Assembly (NCBI RefSeq): GCF_001194135.2
Contig: NC_068989.1
Coordinates: 88,652,988-88,716,987, forward strand
From: Octopus bimaculoides
Taxonomy: Eukaryota
Direction: 5' to 3'
DNA length: 64,000 nucleotides
Under the pieces are notes generated by a model that had not been told where the DNA came from, made no database searches, and saw only the letters and a program-made list of their open reading frames with translations. This document shows, in pieces, positions 51,252-63,768 of this stretch (position 1 is the stretch's first letter; every line of letters begins with the position of its first letter). The translations under genes and the position numbers were made by a program.

Positions 51252-53676
51252 GTATGATGGGCTTTTTTTTTTTTTTTTTCTCTTTATACTTATCCCTGCT
51301 GTTTCTATTTCCATTCATCGTTGTTGTACATTGTACTATGTTATTATTATATAAGCTCACATCCCACTAGAGTCCAGCTTCCATTTCATTTCTTCAGTGT
51401 CGGTTCAATCTTCCACTTTTGAAATATGTGACCTTGTGCCAATGTTAGAAATCCTCATTTGTATTTATTCTTCTCATTGCTACTGATAATCCTTTCTAAT
51501 TTGGGCACAAGGCCAGCAATTTTGGTGGAAGGGGCTAAGTCAATTACATCAACCCCAGTGCTTAACTGGTATTTATTTCATCGACCTCAAAAGGATGAAA
51601 GGCAAAGTTGACATCGGAGGGATTTGAACTCAGAATGTAAAGAGGACCAGAAGAAATTCCACTCAGTAGTTTATTTGATGTGCTAACAACTCTGCCAGTT
51701 TGCCACCCCAGCAGCAGCAGCACTAGCAGCAGTAGTAGTAGTAGTAATAAAATAACAACAACTACTATATGTGCTGAAGCTACATAAAATGCACCTGTGC
51801 TGGTGTTATGTAAAAAGCACTCGGTACATTTTGTGAAGTGGTTGGCATTAGGAAGGGCAGCCAGCCCTAGAAATCATTCCAAAACAGACACTTGGAACCT
51901 GGTGCAGCTCTCCTGCTTGCCAGCTCCTATCAAACTGTCCAACCCATACCAGCCTGGAAAATGGAGGTCAAATGATGATGATGAATAAGGGAGAAAAAAG
52001 AAATTGCTAAAGATTTCATGAATGATGCCCAAGCTGTGAACATCCTGAGGGGAATGTGTCAACTGTTGTTCCAAAGAGAGTAAAATTAATGGCCAAGAAA
52101 AAAAAGCACATGAACAGTTGGCAAGTAGATGGGAGCAGGAATCTCAGCATGGCAAATATGTGGCTTGTAGCAAACAAGCTGACGTTGACCAAAAGCACAC
52201 CCATCTCAGGGCTATGAAGCTCAGGGCTAAAGGCAGAGGGCAAAGGGCTTCTTATTTACCCTCCAACTGCAAAATTAAGTTTCATGATTATTCCAGTAAT
52301 TATGTTAAATGTTTGCCAACAAATAGAATTGGTATTTTCTGCAAGCCTCAATAAACTTGACATATCTCAACCAGAGATAAGTTTCAAACATGACATTTCA
52401 CAATACAGTTCTATATTTAAGAGATGAGGAATTATGTACATTATTTACATTTGATGGATATTTGTCCTCACACCACTAATTATATTAATTGTTAAGCTGG
52501 TGTTGGAAACATACCTTAAAAGATTCTTACATAAAATGATAGCAGAAGCTTTTAATTTAAATATGGACATTTCCAAGTAAAAGCTTTTGTATCAGAGAAC
52601 CACTTTGGTTGGTGGTTTCACTTGAATTAAACAAGTGTTAAATCTGTGTTGATAGTGGTGGTAGTTTTTGGGCATTTAGATAAAAATTTTGTACAAGCAT
52701 GGCTGTGTAGTAACAAGTTTACTTCCCAATCATATGGCTCTGGGTTCAGTCCCACTGCGTGGTCCCTTGGGCAAGTGTCTTCTACTATAGCATCAGGCCA
52801 ACCAAAGCTTTGTGAGTGGATTTAGTAGATGGAAACTGAAAGAAGCCTGTCGTGTATATGTATGTATGTGTATCTGTGTTTGTCCTCACCACTGCTTGAC
52901 AACTGGTGTTGGTGTGTTTATGTCCCTATAACTTAGTGGTTTGGCAAAAATGATCAATAGAATAAATGATAGGCTTAAATAAGTACTGGGGTTGATTCTT
53001 TTGACTAAAATTCTTTAAGGCGGTACCCCAGCATGGCCACAATTTAATAACTGGAACAAAGAAAAACTAAAAGATAATTCTTTCTCTCTCCTCTCTCTTT
53101 GATATACATATTTTGTTTTTCGATTTGGACTACAAAATTCTTGATGTGAACTTGTGTGTTGAAACAAATTTTGTTGCATCTCAGGAGAGTCATTATGCCG
53201 GCAATAAACACATGCAGACAGGGCACGTTATTGATGAGGCCACAAATGGCAGTGAAAGGACTTTTGACAAACCTAGCTGTTTGATAGATTGACCGAATGA
53301 TTAATCAAACAGTTAATTGGTTAAATGTTAGCTAATTGACTAATAATGATAAAAGGTACTGGTATCACATGATAAGATCCCAGTCCACTCTGTAAGGTGG
53401 TTGGTTTTAGAAAGGGCATCCAGCTGTAAAAACCAGGCCAAAACAGATGGCGGAGGTTGGTACAGTCCGCTGTCTCGTTAGCTCCTGTCAAACCGTCCAA
53501 CCCACACTAGCATGGAAGACGGACATGAAATGATGGTGGTGGTGATGGCAGAAATTAAGTGAAAAAGAACCAATGTGTGTGTGTTTATTATTGGCATGAA
53601 GACCCTCCCAAGATGCAGCAATATATATATATATATAATATATATGTTTGTTTGTTTTGCCTTTTTCTCTTTACAG

Positions 53677-55477
53677 ATTTCCTAGGGACCAAGATTGCCA
53701 TGAAATGTGGATTAAGAACCGAAAACGAAGTCTGCGAGAAGCTATGAAAAGAGAACAAGAAGTGAGTCACCAAATAAACATGCAACCCAAAGGTAATCCA
53801 CCACTGATTGGGGCTTGTAAAGGTAGATTGCCTATCAGCAGCAGCAGCAGTGGTGGTAGTAGTAATAGTGAGAATCCAAAGCCTTTCTCTTATCTGTCAA
53901 GGGACAACCCCAGCCATGCTATGATATCAGAAAGGCTCAAGAGTGAAGATCCAGCTGGCCTGGGCTTTAGTTCTGAACCTCTTATAAAAGACAATAGAGT
54001 TCTTACAAACAGTGGTAAAGAAGCACTGAGTTCAAATGTTGAAATTGCTGACAGCAAGGACGATTCCATCGTGTCATCTTCTACTGATTTTGAAGCGAAG
54101 TGTAAAACAATATCATCGCCCAATCCACAGCAGTTGCAGTCCATTGTTCAGATGCTGAAGTCTAGTCAGGGGGGACTGAGTATTGAGGACCTGGCGAAAA
54201 AACTGAACGTACGCTGTGACAAAACTACCATAAAGTTGCTAGAGAGCCTCAATAAACAATTGCAGAGTGAAGGCAGTTTGTCAAAATCAGAACATTCTGG
54301 CCTCCCTGTCACACCTCAAACGCCAAAGACTCCACATAGTCCTCCTCCTGGCTTTCACAGCTTTGAAAGGCAGGCAGGTAATACATTCCGGGCAGTTAAT
54401 TGTTCTCAGAGGTTAGGCGAGAATTCTAAACTGCTAGAGTGCAAGGACGAGCCTGGTTATGGTAATTCAAACAGCAATAATAGCGGCAACTCAGCCTCTA
54501 TGTGTGGGGTTTGTGACATGGCTGACAATAGTAACACTGGTAGTCAGATGGGCCTGCTGCCACCACCAAACATAGGGTTACCGCCTTCTGTGTTAAAATA
54601 TGACAACCCACCCTTATCGGCAGATGGTCATTCACGGAGCAGTAGTAACAATATGGACAACATTTACCATAGTTGTGTGGGTCCTGACTACGGTCACAAT
54701 GCCACTAGTAGCAGCAGTATTTCTTCTAGTCTGTCGCCCACCTCACAAGACACCAGCACTGTTTCTTCCTTAAATGTCAGTTCTGCAGGTAGTAATATTG
54801 TTACTTCTCAGGCCATTCTTGATAGTCTAGCCACAGATGTGCTGGTGCCTGCCAAAGTGAATTTTGGATCAACACAGACAGTCACTTCAAAAGTTGAATT
54901 TGACAAACCTTCTAAGAACTTCCCGTCACCACTCAGTAAAAACCAGCCTATTTACCCTTTGGATGACATGCGCTACCCTCCACCACATCCACATGTGACT
55001 CTTCACCATCCGCCTCCTCCCAGTAGTGTGGCTCCTGTTAGTGTTAGTGGCAGCGGCCAAGGCATGCCTGCTGCGGCCGCTGCAGCTGCCGCCGCTGCTG
55101 CTGCCACTGCTGGTGGGAACGATGGCGCTGTGTCTCTCCGAGCGAAAGTGCAAAGTTACTTTGACACGTACGGGCAGGATGACAGCATGCCACGTCCAAG
55201 CCCGTCACCATTTGGACTGGTGGCCACACCTCGAGGCGGCATGAGGCGGAGACCCTACCACGGGGCGACACCCCTCGGCCCACACAACCTTCCTCTCCCC
55301 CCTCCACGTAACCCCAGCCACAGGCCGGCCATGCCACCAGTATTGAACAACACACCGCCACCCAACTTGCCATCACATTCTATTCCAAGTACTATGAGTT
55401 CCAGTGGTGGTGGTGGTGGTAGTGGTGGTGGCAGTGGCGGTGGTGGTCTTTATCAAGGCGGGCATGTGGGGTGGTAG
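53677..55477 (+). CDS. CDK12: CDK12/13 terminal exon: C-terminal extension (FPRDQDCHEMW) plus long Ser/Pro/Ala/Gly-rich tail, stop TAG 55475-77
   Basis: ttacAG acceptor; 1801 nt open frame continuing GA+A (Glu); QDCHE motif; matches ORF 53648..55477. Confidence 0.93.
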
Positions 55478-55487
55478 CAGAATTGAT

Positions 55488-55493
55488 AATAAA
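55488..55493 (+). terminator. Candidate proximal polyadenylation signal AATAAA
   Basis: Hexamer 10 nt downstream of the stop codon; no clear downstream GU-rich element. Confidence 0.25.
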
Positions 55494-56458
55494 CATCGCT
55501 TGAATACACACACACACACACACACACTCTCTCTCACCTGGGCACATTTACACACAGATTTTCACCTATACACAAAACAAATCATCCATACACGCACATA
55601 CACACATTGTTTACTTTTCTTTTATGAATAGTGCTCATATAATTCAGAGAAAGCTCTGCCAAATGAATATTTTTTTTAAAAATTTTATTTCTGTCTGTTC
55701 GTCTGGGTTTTTCTCTTTCTTTCGTCAAAACAGTTTTATATTATTATTTAAGATTTTTATATTAATTTTAATTTCTTTTTCATTCCTTCTGTATTTCCTC
55801 ACCCTTGTTCCTTCTCTTTCATTTTTTTCTTTCTCTCTCTCTCTCTCTCTCTCCTCCCATTCTCTCTTGTTTCTTTTTTGTCTTTTTTTTCCTAAATGTT
55901 ATTCAGTTGGTACTTTGGTTCTGGAACTTTTTCAGGATTTCGAAAGCAAATAGACCTTGAAAAAGTGGAAATTTATTAAAAAACAAAACTTAAAGTAAAA
56001 ATTTAAAAAAAAAAAAAAATGTTCAAAAATTTTTAAAACCTAAAAAAAAGGAGAAGCAAAAAGAAGCCCCCTTCCTGCCCCAAAATAACAACCAACCAAA
56101 ACAACAAAATTGCGCTGATACTTAACCAAGAAAATAAAATTTAATTAAATAAATGAGAAAATTTCCAAAAAGAAAATTATAATTATTAACCCCCCGCTCC
56201 TGTCAAAGAAATTATAAGAAGAAAGAAGACAAGAAGAAAAAGAAGAAGAAGACGACGACTTGACTACTTTTCTGTAAATGTGAAAAACAATTTGCTGGTT
56301 AAAGGGAGAAAAACAAATAAACAACAGAAAAACAACAAAGACTGACAGTAATAAAACATGTATGTATGAACTCTGCTTCCAATCCAACAATTTAAAACAA
56401 ACCTATCCCACCCACTTCCACCTCCCCCTCCCATGTTCATGTAATTCTTTTTGCATCA

Positions 56459-56519
<61 letters not shown>

Positions 56520-56523
56520 GTGG

Positions 56524-57140
56524 TGGCGAGCTGGCAGAATCGTTAGTGCACCGGGCGAAATGCTTAGCGGTATTTGGTCTGTCTTTACGTTCTGAGTTCA
56601 AATTCCGCTGAGGTTGACTTTGCCTTTCATCCATTCGGGGGTCGATAAATTGCATACCAGTTACACACTGGGGTTGATGTAATCGACTGGCCCCCTCCCC
56701 TAAAATTTCGAGCCTTATTATTGTTGTTATTATTATTATTATTGCCGCAAGCTGGCAGAATCGTTAGCACACCAGGTGAAATGCTTAGTAGTATTTCGTC
56801 TGCCACTACATTCTGAGTTCAAATTCTGCCAAGGTCGACTTTGCCATTCAGCCTTTCAGGGGTTGATAAATTAAGTACCAGTGAGACACTGGGGTTGATG
56901 CAATCGACTCAGCCCCTACCCAAAAGGGCTGCCCTTGTGGCAAAATTTAAACCTTTATTATTATTAAGGCAGCAAGTTGGCGGAACTGCTAATCTGTCAG
57001 ACAAAATGCTTAGTGACATTTCACCTCTCTATGCTCTGAGTTCAAATTCAGCCAAGGTCAACTTTGCTTTTCATCCTTTTGGGGTCCAATATAATCAGTG
57101 CCAGTCAAGTATTGGGTCAATGCTTTGTATTTGATTACCT
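56524..57140 (+). mobile_element. Head-to-tail trimer of SINE family B downstream of the stop codon
   Basis: Units start at about 56524, 56744 and 56967, each preceded by (TTA)n. Confidence 0.8.
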
Positions 57141-58353
57141 CCCTTTTATGTTCTGATTAAATTCTCTTGAGATCAGTTTTGTATTTTATTCCTCTGGTGT
57201 CAAAGTATTGAAGGTAGCTGAGTGGTTCAGATGTTGGGTCACGGTCATGAGTTTGATGCCAAGTGATGCACTGTGTCCTTACTTCGGTTTGATGAGCTGG
57301 AAATTAATCCCAGCTGAGTGCAGCTACAGTTCCCTGCTCTCTTTTTCTCTCACACCAACTGTCACATTCTTGATGTTTCTTTGCATCAAGAGTGAGAACT
57401 GAGTGTGGTGGTGGTGGGGATTGTTTGTTTTGAGTCTGCTTCTGACTACAAGGCACTAAAAGCAAAGAAAGCCTGGTACATTCTACCAAGCCTTGCTTGC
57501 TTGCAAATGATAACTATGTTACCTCCCTTAAAATAGATGGCTTCAAACAAATATATACTTAACTACATGTATGGAGTACTTTTTCCCCATTTGTATTCTC
57601 AAATGTATGTGTTTAAAAGACAGAGAGTGGTGGTTAATTTCAATATTTGTCATTTAGTCAGGGAATGAAGGACAAGCGTGACCAGAAGAAATGGGATAAT
57701 TAGCTTCAAACCAGAGACTTGACTCTGCTAAATGCTCCCTAGTCCCTGATGGTAGTGTCTCCCCTCCAAAAACTGAGAATAGAAGGAAATAGAGCAAATT
57801 CCATAAGGTATATCATCTGATGCTCTAACAATTCTGGTAATTTGTTGCCCTAGACAAAGTCTTTATTTTATCATTCCCCCAAAGATATAAAACAAAGCTG
57901 ATCGTACCAGAATTTGAACTCATTCTGCAGAGAGCCTAAACATTTACCCCCAGCTATTTGAGCGTCCTCTAACAACTCTGGCAATTTGTTTCCTATTAAT
58001 GTTCTTATTTTAGCCAAAAAATAAATAAAGAAAAAAATGTGTTGAAATGTTGAAGTTCATTGAAGAGAGAAAGATTATGTTTTTTCAACCTTAAATGACT
58101 TTATCATCATCATCATTGCTACTGTTATCATTATCACCTCTTCTTCCCTCCATCACCTCACCACAAAAATCTTTCATCACCTCCATCACCACAAAAAAAA
58201 TCTTTCTCCCAACAATCTGTGTTACATTCATGGCACTGTCCACTTTATCTGTTCTTGGATTGGCAGCTTTGTTCAAAACTTTCCCTTTTTCTCTGCAGAA
58301 CCATACGTGTATCATTTATTTCTGCTTTCTTATTGTTTTTCGTTGTTGTTGTT

Positions 58354-58400
<47 letters not shown>

Positions 58401-58950
58401 TTTTCTTTCTTATTCCTTTATCCATCAGCCAATACACTGACCATTATTCTGTTTTTACCTTTTATTCTTTGTTTTAAATATCATGTAGTAGTCATAACAG
58501 TAGTAATAATAACAACAACAGCACATGATTTCATCCCATCTTGTCTCCTGTATTTCACTATTGTTTGCAAATGTATGTAACTATTTATGTGTGTGGATGT
58601 GTGTCATACAAGTACCATGGTGTATTTGTAAGTTATTTTATTATTATTATTTTTATTATTATCATCATTATTATTATTATTATGGTTATTATTCCTATGT
58701 TTTTGGGGGCTTTTTTTTTTTTAGTTTCTGTATACTTAATGACTTGGGCTTCAATTCCAAGTTGAACCTGTTGTATGTGATTTCATTAATTATAGAAAAC
58801 GATGCATGTGTATCACATCTGTTACATTTTAGACTTTAGGGTAAATTACAATTCATTCTACAGGCATGTGTAGCAGAGTCTTTGTTCTACCAACTATTTT
58901 ACAATGCCTAATTCCCTGACAAGAACTTTGTTTGTGGCCGGTGTCAGTAC

Positions 58951-59795
58951 TAGTAACATATGGGCATTATTAGTAATATATGGGCATTATTAGTAATATA
59001 TGGGCATTATTAGTAACATATAGGCATTATTAGTAACATATGGGCATTATTAGTAATATATGGGCATTATTAGTAACATATGGGCATTATTAGTAATATG
59101 TGGGCATTATTAGTAACATATAGGCATTATTAGTAACATATGGGCATTATTAGTAATATATGGGCATTATTAGTAATATATGGGCATTATTAGTAACATA
59201 TAGGCATTATTAGTAACATATGGGCATTATTAGTANNNNNNNNNNNNNNNNNNNNNNNNNNNNNNNNNNNNNNNNNNNNNNNNNNNNNNNNNNNNNNNNN
59301 NNNNNNNNNNNNNNNNNNNNNNNNNNNNNNNNNNNNNNNNNNNNNNNNNNNNNNNNNNNNNNNNNNNNNNNNNNNNNNNNNNNNNNNNNNNNNNNNNNNN
59401 NNNNNNNNNNNNNNNNNNNNNNNNNNNNNNNNNNNNNNNNNNNNNNNNNNNNNNNNNNNNNNNNNNNNNNNNNNNNNNNNNNNNNNNNNNNNNNNNNNNN
59501 NNNNNNNNNNNNNNNNNNNNNNNNNNNNNNNNNNNNNNNNNNNNNNNNNNNNNNNNNNNNNNNNNNNNNNNNNNNNNNNNNNNNNNNNNNNNNNNNNNNN
59601 NNNNNNNNNNNNNNNNNNNNNNNNNNNNNNNCTAGTAACATATGGGCATTATTAGTAATATATGGGCATTATTAGTAATATATGGGCATTATTAGTAACA
59701 TATAGGCATTATTAGTAACATATGGGCATTATTAGTAATATATGGGCATTATTAGTAACATATGGGCATTATTAGTAATATGTGGGCATTATTAG
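58951..59795. repeat. 20-bp minisatellite (TAGTAA[C/T]ATATGGGCATTAT), N-gap 59236-59631
   Basis: 14 full units before the gap and 8 after. Confidence 0.95.
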
Positions 59796-62700
59796 CTAGA
59801 CTAGAAAAACAGCATTTGTTCTGGCATTTTATGTTCAGGGCCCAGGTTCTGCCTAGGTTGACTTTGCCTTTCATCCTTTCAGAGTCATTAAATACCACTT
59901 GAATATTGGGGTCAGTGTAGTCAACTTAACCTTCCCCCTAAAATTGTTGGCATAATGCCAAGATTTGTAAACGTTATTCGCTAGACTATTCTTTCTTTAA
60001 TAACCAGAGTGTCTTTTTCTCTCTGTGACAATCAGTCTGTACCTTCTTTCACCATTACCTCGAACTATATCTTCTATAAGAACTGGACCACCATTTTCTC
60101 CTCAATACACCTGCCAGGCTGTACCGTTTCTTCTCTATAACGATTATACTTTCCCTTCAAAACAATAACTACCAAGAAATCATTTGTTCTACCCTTGATA
60201 AAAAATAGTTTATAATAACAGTTTTGAACTTGATTTAGAATTAAAATCTTTTCTTTTCTTTTCTTTTAAGGGACTTCAGTTATTTCATATTTCTTCTGCT
60301 TCAAATATGCTAACTGCTGACATTTCTGCAGTTATCTTTCTGATCATTTTCTGTTGTCAAGGTTAGTGACCACATAATTGGAGAATGCAGCTAAAGTAGG
60401 CTGTCTTCTTATCCAGCTGGGAACTGGTTCTCTTTAGATTCTGGCTCATACAACATATCTCAATTTATAGATATCATAAAAGTCTCATTAGCCTACTAAT
60501 TAAACTTTGTTAACAGTAGTGATGCTCTTAACCTGTAACACACAGCTGCTATTAACAGTTTGGTCTTTGTCTCAAACTTTGGTTTTTCTTACATTTCTGA
60601 TTCAAATAGAGTTTGCTTTAAGGTACTTGTTAAATTACTCTCTTCTTCAAAAGTTCTAATGCTTTTTTCTTTCTCATGTTTTCTTCCTTGATTTTCTCCC
60701 CACTTCTCTCTTCACTCTATCACTCCTCCCTCTCATCTTCTACTGCTGTTTGCTTACATCAGATTCCTATATCTGCAGATACTTAAGAGCGGCTGACCTA
60801 GAAACGGATAACCTAAAAGTAGCATCAACTCCCCAATGCAATTCATTCCAAATCCCAAATCACTTAAGTGAAATTGTAGGTTCATATGGAATACAGCACT
60901 CTCACACCACACCAAATTGGTCAGTTCATGTTGCTCCCTCTAGTTTAGTGTTCTTGTACCTGTGGTGGTTGCTGTTGCTGCTTTGATGTGAACCGACTGA
61001 ACATGTTTTTCTAAAAACTTAACCATCCAACTCTGTGTTTTATTCATTTGTTTCTGTATCCACCTCTGACAGACATCCAGATTTCACATTTATTCAAAGT
61101 GGGACAGAATACATTAAGGTATCTTTTTGTTGCTTCATCTATCTGAGTTCAAATTTCCTTCCTGGTTTTGGACCTGGCATTCAGGCTGAGGCTGGTATCA
61201 AATTTCATGACCCCAGAAATATTTGGCATTAATGTGTTCTTCCCTTTATTTATTTTATTTTCTCCCAGAATAGTAGTGGAGTTGCTGAAACAACCCAGAA
61301 AATGAGAATTTCAACATTTTTAATTATTTAGAGAATATCTCGTTACATTCTGAATTCAGATTTTCCTTTTGATGACCCCTGAAGAATAGGTTCGAAGCTT
61401 GGGATTGAGGAAGACATTTAGAGCAGTTCAATGTGTGGTGCATTCCTTGACTGTGTGCTGGGTCCCTTACACTCTCCACCAGCAAATTAATAAAACCACA
61501 TACACAAAGCACACGCTTCTCTACTCCATTGTCTTTCTGTTCCTGATTAATTTCATAAAAAATCATTTGTTGCTTTTTCCTCATCACAGAATCCCTCATT
61601 GCCTTACCAGCCAGCTCTAACTCAGTTCCCCCCCCCCCACACACACACACTATGCTTCTCCTCACAGATCTCGCTGCACCTGGCCCTGTTATTCACTCCC
61701 CCTCCATTCACCGTTCCACTGCTTACCTGCGTCTTCTACATTTCGCGACAGATTTTAATTTCTCACATCTCTTTTTTCTCTGCCTTGTTTATCTTCCAGT
61801 TGGCTGATACCTTGACCAGAAATATATTTTTGTTGTAAGTCTTCTTCGTTGGAAAATTCTCTCTGCTTGTGGTTATGGATGAGCAAACTACTTCACTTGG
61901 TCACTATTTACCTTTTTTTATATTTAATTTTTTNNNNNNNNNNNNNNNNNNNNNNNNNNNNNNNNNNNNNNNNNNNNNNNNNNNNNNNNNNNNNNNNNNN
62001 NNNNNNNNNNNNNNNNNNNNNNNNNNNNNNNNNNNNNNNNNNNNNNNNNNNNNNNNNNNNNNNNNNNNNNNNNNNNNNNNNNNNNNNNNNNNNNNNNNNN
62101 NNNNNNNNNNNNNNNNNNNNNNNNNNNNNNNNNNNNNNNNNNNNNNNNNNNNNNNNNNNNNNNNNNNNNNNNNNNNNNNNNNNNNNNNNNNNNNNNNNNN
62201 NNNNNNNNNNNNNNNNNNNNNNNNNNNNNNNNNNNNNNNNNNNNNNNNNNNNNNNNNNNNNNNNNNNNNNNNNNNNNNNNNNNNNNNNNNNNNNNNNNNN
62301 NNNNNNNNNNNNNNNNNNNNNNNNNNNNNNNNNNNNNNNNNNNNNNNNNNNNNNNNNNNNNNNNNNNNNNNNNNNNNNNNNNNNNNNNNNNNNNNNNNNN
62401 NNNNNNNNNNNNNNNNNNNNNNNNNNNNNNNNNNNNNNNNNNNNNNNNNNNNNNNNNNNNNNNNNNNNNNNNNNNNNNNNNNNNNNNNNNNNNNNNNNNN
62501 NNNNNNNNNNNNNNNNNNNNNNNNNNNNNNNNNNNNNNNNNNNNNNNNNNNNNNNNNNNNNNNNNNNNNNNNNNNNNNNNNNNNNNNNNNNNNNNNNNNN
62601 NNNNNNNNNNNNNNNNNNNNNNNNNNNNNNNNNATATAGAATATATAAACCAATAACACTAGTGTAAATGATTTCTTGATACAATGTCATTTGAAATTGT

Positions 62701-62816
62701 CTCGTTTGAAGCTGTTAAAAAGTCTCTTTCTCTCTTCCTCTCCCTCCGTCCAAGCCTCATCCTTCCCCCCTCTCTATTTTTTTTTCTTTAACCTGATAGC
62801 CCCTGTTTCTCCTCTA

Positions 62817-62856
<40 letters not shown>

Positions 62857-63630
62857 GCATGCTCTACTTTAAGACTAACAATTTGTGAAAATACACTAAA
62901 CTGAAATTTCATTTTATTATATTTAAGTAACAACGAATTAGTTTAATCATAATAATGATATTATTAATAATAACAACAACAATATCAAAAAAGATAATCT
63001 AGGTTGGATAATCTTGAATGTATTGCCTACATATGTGTCACAAAGATATGTGAGACAGCTTTTCACTGAGGTAATGTGCTATGGACTGTATTGTTATGGT
63101 ACATATTGAATAGCTTGCCATCAAGATTTTTCTGATTTACATATGTTTTATTGTTTTCTTTTATTCAAAATATCCACACACACTGGTGCTGTATGGTGGT
63201 TTTGTTGCATACCCAGTGTGTTTCATTCACTCGTTTTCTGCATAAGAAGTGCAGAATAAAGGTGATTGGAGTTTTAGGGTAAGTGCGTGAGACACATTTC
63301 GAAACCTAAGTTGAAAATGTTTGTACAATTTGTAAACACTTTGAAACTGTTGCCTGACATATCAACAAAAATGAACGAAGTTGAGAGAACACTTAGAAAC
63401 AGATGCACACACTATAGCAATATTTTTATAGCATCCACACATACACACATATATAGTAATGTTTGTTTTTATGTCAAGTTATAATAAAAAGCAATTTAAA
63501 TCTAAACTGAAGAATTACACAATTTGTTTTAGTTGAGTACATATTTATTATTGTTCTATATTTAAGAGATGAGGAATTATTTTACATTATTTACAATTGA
63601 CAGATATTTGTCCTCATCTTGTTTGTTGTA

Positions 63631-63676
63631 AGCACAACATTTCGGCTGATATACCTTCCAGCCTTCATCAGGTGTC
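63631..63676 (-). ncRNA. Minimal type I hammerhead ribozyme-like motif (opposite strand)
   Basis: The reverse complement reads GACAC CUGAUGA A GGCUG gaagguauau CAGCC GAA AUGU U GUGCU. Confidence 0.45.
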
Positions 63677-63722
63677 TTGGGGAAATTTCGAACCTGGGTT
63701 CTTAGGTTCAAAATGTCCCCAA

Positions 63723-63768
63723 GACACCTGATGAAGGCTAGAGGGTATATCAGCCGAAATGTTGTGTT
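63723..63768 (+). ncRNA. Minimal type I hammerhead ribozyme-like motif
   Basis: Stem I GACAC/GUGUU; core CUGAUGA (63728-34) + extra A; stem II GGCU/AGCC; GAA; AUGU-U as a minimal stem III and cleavage triplet GUU. Confidence 0.5.

Noticed and set aside
53890-55555. Antisense and alternate-frame ORFs over the terminal exon
   Set aside because: Shadows of the GC-richer low-complexity CDK12 coding sequence.
61849-62690. 250-270 aa ORFs (similarly 823-1086, 20865-21660, 59210-59675)
   Set aside because: Almost entirely N-gap.
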